Source: a virus (lineage: Duplodnaviria; Caudoviricetes). Taken from it: a stretch of 46,117 bases of DNA. Below, piece after piece: positions 16,667 through 24,989 of this stretch. Within the stretch, counting starts at the first letter, position 1. Every line of letters starts with the position of its first letter. Position numbers and translations under genes: made by a program. The DNA is taken from positions 1 through 46,117 of the IMG/VR virus record IMGVR_UViG_3300009678_000076. One strand, 5' to 3'. A model generated the notes under the pieces. The model made no database searches. It saw only the letters and a program-made list of their open reading frames with translations, and was not told the origin of the DNA.

Positions 16667-16865
16667 CACCTACGCGTGGCAATGGGAGACGCGCCTGCCG
16701 GGCGCGTTTTTCGTTCCGAGCCTCGACCCCCACACCATGCTGGCGCAGGGGCTCTATGCGGCCAAGCAGGCACGCGTCCGGGCCAGCGGACGCGTCTGCA
16801 TCTACGAGGGCGCGCTCGGCGTGATGTTCACCGTGCGGCCACGATCGACTCAGCCGCCTTCGTGA
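16632..16865 (+). CDS. Small hypothetical protein, last gene of + arm
   Basis: W.....G.FFVPSLD ... EGALGV pattern; overlaps both neighbours. Confidence 0.5.
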   Translation: MRLPRAPAPRPDTYAWQWETRLPGAFFVPSLDPHTMLAQGLYAAKQARVRASGRVCIYEGALGVMFTVRPRSTQPPS

Positions 16866-19800
16866 AGCGCATCGCCTGCGCGTTGCGCCATGTCGTGATC
16901 TTGTCGATGCGCTCGCGCTTCGCGTCGGACGACAGGCTCGACGCCAGCACCTTCTCGCGCTCGGCCTTGGCCCGCGCCATGTCGGCACGGAAGCTGTCGT
17001 TGAGGCGCTCGGCCTGCAGGACGTTGAGGTTGTCCTCCATGTAGTCCTTCGCGGCCTTGACGCGGCCCTCCTTGACCAGCTTGTCGTACGTGTTGCCCGC
17101 TTGCTCGATCGCGTTGGCCTTCTCGTAGGCGCTCTCGACGGCGCCAGCGGCCAGCGGGTCGGCGATGAAGCCACCCAGCAGCGGCGTCTGCGATCCGGTG
17201 CGCGTCGGCTGGCTCGCATCGCTGAGCACCTCGTTGGCCAGCGACGCAGCCGCGATCGGCATGCCGCTCACATAGCCGCGCACGAGCGCCTCGATCTTCA
17301 GCGGACTCAAGCCCAGCCCGCCTGCACCCACGGCACTCAGCAAGCTCGACGCGCTCTTGGCCAGCTCGGTGGTGTGCTCGTTGTAGCGCATCTCCGGCGC
17401 GAGCTTCTGCTGTGCCTCCGTCTCGATGGCGCGACCCGTGTAGAGGTTCTTGTTCATCAGCATCTCGACCACGGGCTTGCCCATCTGCGGGATGCCCAAG
17501 CTGCTGTAGCCGGGGATCGTGTTGAACACCATCTTGCGCAGCGCTGCCGTCTCGGCTTCGTCGAACCCGTGGACCGCGACCTCGGGGATCGCCTTGAACA
17601 GCAAGCCGATCTCGAAGGGGATCGGCAGCTTGAACGTGCCCCACGGTGTCGGCACGAAGAAGTTGTTGACCCGATCCTGCGCCGTCGCATTCTTGTACTC
17701 CTCGTTCTCCTCCATGCCCACCGCGTAGACCATCGACATGAGCGTCAGACCAACAGCGTTCTTGATGAACTTGCTGCGAATCTGCATCTGCTCTTCCATC
17801 GTCGCGTTGCCGCGCCATGCCTTGGCCAGCACGTTGAGCGATTGAATCTGCGCGTTGAGGAACGGGATCATGCGAGCTGCGTGCTGCACCGTCGGGCTGC
17901 TGCCGCGCTTGGTGAAGTTCATCATCTCGATCGCCGCCAGCTCGGCCTGCATCTCGGAGCCGGTCTTCTTCAACGTGTCCTCGTAGACCTGCGAGCGCGT
18001 CGCTGCATCGGCACGCATCGCTGCGCGATCGGCCAGCGCCTTGAGCTTCGTGTATGCGTTCTGGTTGCCCGTAGCGAGCTGGTGCACGATGATCGAGATG
18101 TCGTCGGCGTCTCCGGTGAAGACCTGACTCTGGGTCACGCCCTTGCGCAGCAGCGCCTCGCCCGTCTTGGTCGAGCCGCGCGACTGATCGACGAACTCCT
18201 TCACCGACTTGAACATGGCCCGCACCGGCCCGCGCTCGGCGCCGCCAGTGAACGCCGCCGCCATCGGATCGCGGATGAGCTGGCGGATCACGTATGCCGG
18301 GTTGCGTGTGACGCCGTGGCGCAGGATGTCGCCGAAGTTGCTGGCGAGCTTGCCGAGGCCGGTGAGCATGACGTGCGTGCCCTCCAGCGACTGCACCAGC
18401 ATCTCCGACGGGATGCCGGCGAACGGCGTGCCCTCGGAGGTGATGCGCATCCAGCGCTCGCCCGTGTCCTTGTCGCTGTCGGGCTCCTGATTGAACTTGA
18501 TCACGTCGGCGCCGGCCGGCGCATTGCCGCGCTTGATCCGGTTCACGTTCTCGGGGCTCATGCCCTGCAGCCCGTATGCGACTTCCTTGGTGGCGAGGTT
18601 CGTGAGCCCCTTGTCCATCAGGAGCATCGTGTTGCGCATGATCGCTTCGTTAAGCGGCAGGAGCTTGCCCTCGTCACCCTTGAGCTGCGCCAAGTACGGC
18701 TGCTTGCGGATGTCGCCGACACGGACGTGCGTGTTCTCGCTCAGCACCAGCTCGGCAGCGCCGGTCGCGGAATCGACCCGGTAGAACGGCACGTAGTCGC
18801 CATCCTGCAGCAGGCGCGTCGCCTCCCGCTTCGGGATCGATCCGGTGTCGGCGAGGAACTCGATCATTCCCTTGTTGTAGTCGTTGTAGACCTTGCGCAC
18901 GGCTTCGAGCTGCGCCTTGAGCTGCGGGTTGGCATTGACCTCGGCCATCGCTGCCTCGCCGAGCTGGCGCGTCTCCGCGCTCGTATCCCAGCCCAGCTTG
19001 CCCCAGCCCTTGTTGGCCGCGCGCTGCGCGACCATGTAGTTCTGCGCCAGCGCGAACTTCGCCTCCGCATTGGCACCGGGCAGCTTGTCGATCACCTCGA
19101 ACACGTCCTTGGCCGACGGACCGTGACCCGCCTCGACGGTGTAGAACCCCTTGGCGTCCTTCTTCAGCTTCGGCCCGCCGTGCAGGAGCACCGCGTGGAC
19201 CTGCGCCATGCGCGCGTCGGCCTTGCGGATGTAGTACTGGGCCTGCTGGAACGCGTGCTGCGCGCCCTTGCTCAGCGCCTTGATGATGCCGGCGCGCTGA
19301 TCGACGTACGCCTGCTCGAACGCGAGCGCTGCATTGGCATCCGTGACCATCTGCTTGAGGCCGGTCTTGGTCGGCTTCGCGTTGATCTTGGCGCCGAACG
19401 CATCCATCGCAGACTGAGGCGCGGCCGCACGGGCAACCGTCGGCGCACGCGTGGCGCCGAGCATGTCCTGCAGCACCTCCAGCTCCGCCTTGTCGAGCGA
19501 TCGTGCCGGCTGGAACAGCCGCTCGACCTGCGCCAGCGCCTTCTCGCTGCCGGTCTGCACCTTGACGCCGAGCATCTGCAGCACGGCGTTGATGAAGCGG
19601 CGGATGAAGCCGGGCTTCTTCGCGTCGATCTTGTCGCGCAGGTTCTGGTTCGACAGCACCTCCGAGGCCAGTTCGGCGAGATTGGTGCGGCCGTACTCGC
19701 GGTTGAATGCCGGGTCCGCCTGAAGCTGCTTCAGCAGCGCCTGCAGGCCGTTGCGCGCATTGATCTGCGCCTGTGTCATCTGCGTCGCCGGCATGATCAG

Positions 19801-22800
19801 CGAGCGCAGCGTCGCCGCGTGACCGACCTCGTGCAGCACGTTCTCCTCGGTGAGCCCGAGCGGGTGGATCGTGATGGTGTTCGTCTTCGAGTCGTAGTCC
19901 GCGATCGCCACTGCATCGTTGGGCGTGCCGAGCACGATCTTGGTGTCCTTGGCCATCACCTGCAGCTTGGCCGCAAGCTCGCGCACGAGCGGCGTCGAGC
20001 CCGTCTTGGCCAGCGACTCCAGCACCTTGTCGAGCTGGCCGTCGTAGATGTGGATCATGTTCTGATCCGACAGCGGCGTCTCCGTGTTCGGGTCGAACAT
20101 CTCGGCGACGAGCTTCTGCACGCGCCCGCCTTCGTCTTCCCAGCCCGCCACCTCGGCGTCGCTGGCAGCGTCGGCACCGCGCTGCGCCCGCGCCAAGTCC
20201 ACAGCCTTGCGCGCCGCGATCGCCGCGTCCTCGCCCGCTGCCTTGGCCCTGTGCTCTTTCGCTGCCTCCTCCATCGCTGGCGTCGGCCCCGGCTTCTTGC
20301 TGCTGTACAGCGTCTTCTGCGCCTTGCGTGCCTTGGCGACCTGCGAGGTCGTGAGGTTGTCCTCCGGCCCGCCGACCTTCGTCCCCGGCTCGACGACACC
20401 GCGCGACACGCCCTTCTGCCGGCGCGCGGCGCGTGCGGTCTTCACCATCTGCAGCGCGCCCTTGTGGACCTGAGCCTCCTCGAACTGCAGCGCAGCACGC
20501 TGCATGTCGATCACGTCGCTCTTGAAAGACAGGACCGCAGCGCGTGCCATCAACGTCTTGTAGTCCGGGTCCTCTTCCAGCGGCGTGCGCTTGGTGTCGA
20601 ACTCCTTGAGCCGCGACTGCGCGTTGTCCAGCCGGTCCATCAGCTTGGCGCGCTCATCGGCGCTCTTGGTGGCCTTGATCTGTGGCTCCAGCTTCTCGAC
20701 CGCGTTGAGCGCAGCCTCGCGGCGCTTCTGCAGCGCAGGCGTGAGCACACCGCCCACGTTGGCCTTGCGCATCGCGTTGATCTCGTCCTGCAATGCACTG
20801 AGCCGCTTCCTGAGCTTGTTGCCCTCGGAAACGAAGCCCCGCTCGCTGCGCTTGTATGCCGTCACCTGCTCGATGGCCGTCTTCAGGTCCGAGCCCTTGA
20901 CACCGGGCACTGCAAGCGCTGTCTCGATCGCTTCCGTCACCGCGTCGGCGTTCGCTTCGATGCCCGCCTCCTGCAGCTTGGCCTGCACCTGCGTGACCTT
21001 CTCGCCGGTACGTGCTGCGTAGTCGGCCGCGCTGGCGCCGCGCGCCTTGACGACCTTCTCTGCCTCGGTCGGCACGGGCGCGGCAACGCGAGGCTGCTTC
21101 GTCGGCAAGCGCCGCGCACCCAGCGGCTCGGCGGGTATCGCCTCGCCACCGGCTTTCGCCTTCTCGGCTGCCCGTGCCTTCGCCTTCTCGATCTCGGCCG
21201 GCAGCTTGTGGAAAGCCTCGGCATTCGCGAGCCCTTCCGCCTGCACCTGCTTCAGCTCCTTGACGAGCTTGTCGTGATGCGCAGCCGTCTCTGCCAGCGC
21301 GGGTGCCGCGTCCAGCTCCATCAGCGTCTTGATCTCGCGCTTGTACGCATCGACGCGATCGGAGTGCCGCCGCGCCGTGCGTCCTGCTTGCGCAGCGCGC
21401 TCCCGCAGATCGGCCCCGCCGCCTTCCTCGGCCGCTTCCGCTTCGTTGGCCTGCGTCACGAGCTTGCGCGCTGCGGCTGCGGCATCCTCTGCGGCCAGCG
21501 TGGCATCGAACAACCTGCGATGCAGTGCCGAGGCCATCTCCTTCTGGTTGGGGATGCCTTCTTTCAAGCGCGGACCGAGTGCATCGAGACGTGCCTTCGC
21601 CGCTGCAGCGTCGGCGATCCGTCCCTGCAGCACAGCGCGACGAGCACGCAGCTCCACATCCTTCGCGCGCCGTTCCTTCGCCTGCTTGACGACTGCCTGC
21701 ACGCCCCGGGTGGATGGCAACGCACCACTGTCGAGTGCTCGCTGGAAGTTCTTGGGCGTGGCCCGGCCGACGTACGTGCCACCGAACATGTCGCCCTGCA
21801 CGTCGGCATCGATGTGGGCCGCTTCGTCGGGCTTCTCCGTCTCCAGCCGCTGCGGCTTGATCTTTTCCGTCTCGGGCACGAGGTGGCCAGCGACGGCGCT
21901 GGCGGCAGGCTTCTTCCCCGCCACCCGCAGCGTGCCAGTGAGGCGGCGCTCGGTGGCCGGCTTGGTCAGCTCGCCGATCTCGGCAAGGCTCTTCACCGCC
22001 TTCGGCGGCGTGCGCGCTTCCGTCCTGCCTTCACCGACGATCCGCTCCATCGGCGCACCGCCGCCCACACCGCGCTCGGCAGCGGCGACCGTCGCCCCGA
22101 CGTGTTCCAGAACGCGTTGTGGAACATCCGGCCGATCAAGGGCGTCCGCGGCGTGCTTCAGCGTCGTCCGCGCCTGCCCGGTGAGCCCGGGGCGCGCGAG
22201 CAACGATGCGACCCGCTGGCGCATGGCGTCCACGGGGTCCACAGCGGGCCCGGCAGCGGGCTGGAAGAGCATGCCCTGCCCCTCCACGTCCTCGCCCGGG
22301 AGCTTGCGCTGCTCGGGCTGCTCGCCGGCCGGCAACGTCTCCCGGGAGACGCCTTCCTCCGGCACGGGCTCGAACGCTTCCTCGCCCTCCCTGCCGACCT
22401 GCTCCATCGCCCGGGTGATCCGGGGATCGGCGGTCCCTGCAAGACGTTCCTCCAAGTCCTTCAAGACTTGGTACTGCTGGCCGGCGACGGCCCGGCCGCG
22501 CTGCTCCGGCGTGGCCTGCGGCGCCGACATGCCGGCTGCCTCATAGGCGCCCTGCATCACGCCCGGGATCAACCGAGCAGTCGTGTTGTAGAAGTCGGAG
22601 GTGTAGTGGGCGCGGCCCTTCGTCGCCTCCTGCGACGCGGCGATGCCGCGGATCGCGTCGAGGAAGTCGTCGGCCTTGGCCCGGTCGCCTGCCTTGCGCG
22701 CCTGCTGGAGCTGGGCGTACAGGTCGGCCACCACGCCCTTGCTGAAGTCCTGCAGGGCCCGTGCGGCTTCCTTGCGGTCGCTGGCCGGCAGGCTGGCCAG

Positions 22801-24981
22801 ATGCTCGACGACGGCCCCGCCAGCGCCCCGGATCGGGCTCTGCATGGCGATCTGCACGAACCGGGCGTCCTCGTCGCCGGCCTTGGCCAGCACATCGAGC
22901 ATGCCCGAGCGGGTCTTGCCGGCGAACGCGCGCTTGAACGCGGCGTCCGTCTCGGCGGCTGCTGCCTCCGGCGTATCCCCGTAGGCGGTCCCGGGAGGCT
23001 CATGAGCGCGCGGATCGAGGTTCGGCCATACCTGTGTGGCCTCACCGGCTCCGAGCGCTTCTAGGCCCCGTTCCTGCCCAAGCTGGCGCTGCCCGGAGAG
23101 CTTCTCCTCCGTGCGCAGCCGTTGGCCAAGGCCGAACAGGTCTTCACCGGCCGGCGGCTCGGGCTCGGCAGGCGGCGCCTTCTTCCGCTCGGCGAGCATC
23201 GCCTCCAGCTTCTCGCGCTGCTTCGCCCAGCCCTCGGCCTTCTTGGCTTCGTCCGGGTCGTTGACGCCGGCCAGCTTCGCGGTCAGCGCATCGATCTGCT
23301 TCTGGGCCTTCTCCGGGTCGAAGCTGGCGCGCTCCTCCGCAGCCACACGCTCGGCGGCTGTCTTCGCCTGCAGCCCCGGCGAGAGTGACTCCAGCTCGGC
23401 CCGGTCGTCGCTGAGCGCCTTCTCGCGCTGCGCGATCCCCTGCCGCGCTCGCGCGATCGGCGCGCTCCGGCCCATGCGCATGATCTCCAGCGTCTGACCG
23501 CGCATCGCGTCGAGCGCTTCCTCGTGGTCGGTGATCTGCGTCTGCAGCTCCTCGATCCGGCCACGCACCTGCGGACTCTGGCCCTCCGGCGTGAACAGCG
23601 TGCCGGCCGCGCCGCGCTCCTTGCCGGGAGCCGTGCCCAACGACGGCTGGTGCGGCCCCTGCTGCGCGATCGCTGCCGCGTTGGCTTCCGCAGCCGCGCG
23701 CATCTTCGCTGCCTTGATCGCGGGCCGGGCGACGGTGTTGAATTCCTTGAAAAGTTCGCGGTTCTCCTTCTCGAAAACGGCGATCTCCTTGATCTTGTCG
23801 GTGAAGGCGAGCTTGCCGGCGTCGGTGCCTTCCTTCTTGAACTCCGCCGCCTCGGCGTGCATCGCCGCCTTCTTCGCCTCGTAGGCCGCGTAGTCGTCCG
23901 CGACCTGTTGCACGTAGCCCTGATCGGCCATCTTGCGAGCACGCTCTGCCGCAGCCGCTTCCTGCTGCACCTGTGCCGCTGCTGCCGCCTCCTGCTCCGC
24001 TGCCGCCGCTGCCGCCTGCTCGGTAGCCGCGACCTGTTGCTTCGCACCGCTGCGGTTGTAGGCACCACCTGCACCACCGAGCCCGCCGCCAACGAGCGCA
24101 CCGCCATAGGCCGAGTCGTAGTAGCTGGTGAGTGCCTCGTTGTCGAGCAAGGGCTTGCCGGCCTGCAACCGGCCGAGCATGTCCTGCACCACCTCGGTCG
24201 CGGCTTCGCCGCCAGCACCGACAGCCGTGCCCTGCGCTACCGTCCGCATCAGGCTGCGCTTCGCAACCTCTTCGGCCGCTTCCGGGCCCAGCCGCTTGAT
24301 GAGCGCGGCCGCGTCCACGCCGAGCACCTTCGATGCAACGCGTGTCCCCATGAGCGCGAGCGGAAGCACTGATTCGAGCGCTGCTTGCCCGGCACCAGCA
24401 CCGAGCGCAGGTGCCAGCTCGGCCTGCCCCGGCGTTGCTGTTTCCTGCTGCGCGAGGTTGCGGCCGGTGTGCGGCAGGATGCCGCCGAGAATGCCGCCGC
24501 CGATGCCGCCGATGAGCGCACCCGTCGGACCGAAGCGTGCCCCCGCCATCGAGCCTGCCTTGGCACCGCCGAGCATCGTGGCCATTTCAGGCGCCGACTG
24601 CGCGAGCCCGCGGAAGCCTTGGCCGACCATCTCCTTGCCGGCACTAAGCAACCCGCTCTTCTCGTAGACCTCGTTGAGTCGCGCGAGCCCGAGCTGCGGG
24701 TCGTACTTCTTCGCCTGCTCCTTCTCGGCCGCAGCCGCTTCCTCTGCCGCTTCCTGCGTGTCGCCGAAGATGCCCTTGATGCCGGCCTTGCCGGACGTAA
24801 GCATGTTCTCCAGCCCAGACTGGAACGCTGCACCCATGCCGGTCTTCGGCGGCGGTGGCGCGACGCCAGCTTCAGGCGCCATCTTGAGGACGTGCTCGAT
24901 CAGATCGTCCTGCGTCATCCCCGGAGGGCCCTGCATCCGATACGTCTTGCCGTTCGGAGCAGTGATGCTGTAGCTGGGCAT
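16828..24981 (-). CDS. Giant internal virion/ejection protein (large polyvalent protein) with zincin HExxH domain and C-terminal LPD38-like domain
   Basis: Start MPSYSITAPNGKTY at 24981 with AGGA RBS; LHEVGHA at ~19819-19833; C-terminal KLPIPFEIG, KPVVE...NKN.YTGR.IE, LSP.KIE.LVRGY motifs. Confidence 0.8.
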   Translation of the reverse strand: MPSYSITAPNGKTYRMQGPPGMTQDDLIEHVLKMAPEAGVAPPPPKTGMGAAFQSGLENMLTSGKAGIKGIFGDTQEAAEEAAAAEKEQAKKYDPQLGLARLNEVYEKSGLLSAGKEMVGQGFRGLAQSAPEMATMLGGAKAGSMAGARFGPTGALIGGIGGGILGGILPHTGRNLAQQETATPGQAELAPALGAGAGQAALESVLPLALMGTRVASKVLGVDAAALIKRLGPEAAEEVAKRSLMRTVAQGTAVGAGGEAATEVVQDMLGRLQAGKPLLDNEALTSYYDSAYGGALVGGGLGGAGGAYNRSGAKQQVAATEQAAAAAAEQEAAAAAQVQQEAAAAERARKMADQGYVQQVADDYAAYEAKKAAMHAEAAEFKKEGTDAGKLAFTDKIKEIAVFEKENRELFKEFNTVARPAIKAAKMRAAAEANAAAIAQQGPHQPSLGTAPGKERGAAGTLFTPEGQSPQVRGRIEELQTQITDHEEALDAMRGQTLEIMRMGRSAPIARARQGIAQREKALSDDRAELESLSPGLQAKTAAERVAAEERASFDPEKAQKQIDALTAKLAGVNDPDEAKKAEGWAKQREKLEAMLAERKKAPPAEPEPPAGEDLFGLGQRLRTEEKLSGQRQLGQERGLEALGAGEATQVWPNLDPRAHEPPGTAYGDTPEAAAAETDAAFKRAFAGKTRSGMLDVLAKAGDEDARFVQIAMQSPIRGAGGAVVEHLASLPASDRKEAARALQDFSKGVVADLYAQLQQARKAGDRAKADDFLDAIRGIAASQEATKGRAHYTSDFYNTTARLIPGVMQGAYEAAGMSAPQATPEQRGRAVAGQQYQVLKDLEERLAGTADPRITRAMEQVGREGEEAFEPVPEEGVSRETLPAGEQPEQRKLPGEDVEGQGMLFQPAAGPAVDPVDAMRQRVASLLARPGLTGQARTTLKHAADALDRPDVPQRVLEHVGATVAAAERGVGGGAPMERIVGEGRTEARTPPKAVKSLAEIGELTKPATERRLTGTLRVAGKKPAASAVAGHLVPETEKIKPQRLETEKPDEAAHIDADVQGDMFGGTYVGRATPKNFQRALDSGALPSTRGVQAVVKQAKERRAKDVELRARRAVLQGRIADAAAAKARLDALGPRLKEGIPNQKEMASALHRRLFDATLAAEDAAAAARKLVTQANEAEAAEEGGGADLRERAAQAGRTARRHSDRVDAYKREIKTLMELDAAPALAETAAHHDKLVKELKQVQAEGLANAEAFHKLPAEIEKAKARAAEKAKAGGEAIPAEPLGARRLPTKQPRVAAPVPTEAEKVVKARGASAADYAARTGEKVTQVQAKLQEAGIEANADAVTEAIETALAVPGVKGSDLKTAIEQVTAYKRSERGFVSEGNKLRKRLSALQDEINAMRKANVGGVLTPALQKRREAALNAVEKLEPQIKATKSADERAKLMDRLDNAQSRLKEFDTKRTPLEEDPDYKTLMARAAVLSFKSDVIDMQRAALQFEEAQVHKGALQMVKTARAARRQKGVSRGVVEPGTKVGGPEDNLTTSQVAKARKAQKTLYSSKKPGPTPAMEEAAKEHRAKAAGEDAAIAARKAVDLARAQRGADAASDAEVAGWEDEGGRVQKLVAEMFDPNTETPLSDQNMIHIYDGQLDKVLESLAKTGSTPLVRELAAKLQVMAKDTKIVLGTPNDAVAIADYDSKTNTITIHPLGLTEENVLHEVGHAATLRSLIMPATQMTQAQINARNGLQALLKQLQADPAFNREYGRTNLAELASEVLSNQNLRDKIDAKKPGFIRRFINAVLQMLGVKVQTGSEKALAQVERLFQPARSLDKAELEVLQDMLGATRAPTVARAAAPQSAMDAFGAKINAKPTKTGLKQMVTDANAALAFEQAYVDQRAGIIKALSKGAQHAFQQAQYYIRKADARMAQVHAVLLHGGPKLKKDAKGFYTVEAGHGPSAKDVFEVIDKLPGANAEAKFALAQNYMVAQRAANKGWGKLGWDTSAETRQLGEAAMAEVNANPQLKAQLEAVRKVYNDYNKGMIEFLADTGSIPKREATRLLQDGDYVPFYRVDSATGAAELVLSENTHVRVGDIRKQPYLAQLKGDEGKLLPLNEAIMRNTMLLMDKGLTNLATKEVAYGLQGMSPENVNRIKRGNAPAGADVIKFNQEPDSDKDTGERWMRITSEGTPFAGIPSEMLVQSLEGTHVMLTGLGKLASNFGDILRHGVTRNPAYVIRQLIRDPMAAAFTGGAERGPVRAMFKSVKEFVDQSRGSTKTGEALLRKGVTQSQVFTGDADDISIIVHQLATGNQNAYTKLKALADRAAMRADAATRSQVYEDTLKKTGSEMQAELAAIEMMNFTKRGSSPTVQHAARMIPFLNAQIQSLNVLAKAWRGNATMEEQMQIRSKFIKNAVGLTLMSMVYAVGMEENEEYKNATAQDRVNNFFVPTPWGTFKLPIPFEIGLLFKAIPEVAVHGFDEAETAALRKMVFNTIPGYSSLGIPQMGKPVVEMLMNKNLYTGRAIETEAQQKLAPEMRYNEHTTELAKSASSLLSAVGAGGLGLSPLKIEALVRGYVSGMPIAAASLANEVLSDASQPTRTGSQTPLLGGFIADPLAAGAVESAYEKANAIEQAGNTYDKLVKEGRVKAAKDYMEDNLNVLQAERLNDSFRADMARAKAEREKVLASSLSSDAKRERIDKITTWRNAQAMRFTKAAESIVAAR

Positions 24982-24989
24982 GGTGTGTC

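Noticed and set aside
17101-23064. 1987-aa + strand ORF (also 25227..28094 and 15632..16669)
   Set aside because: Antisense shadows of real genes caused by high-GC codon bias; Arg/Leu/Ala-rich translations with no motifs
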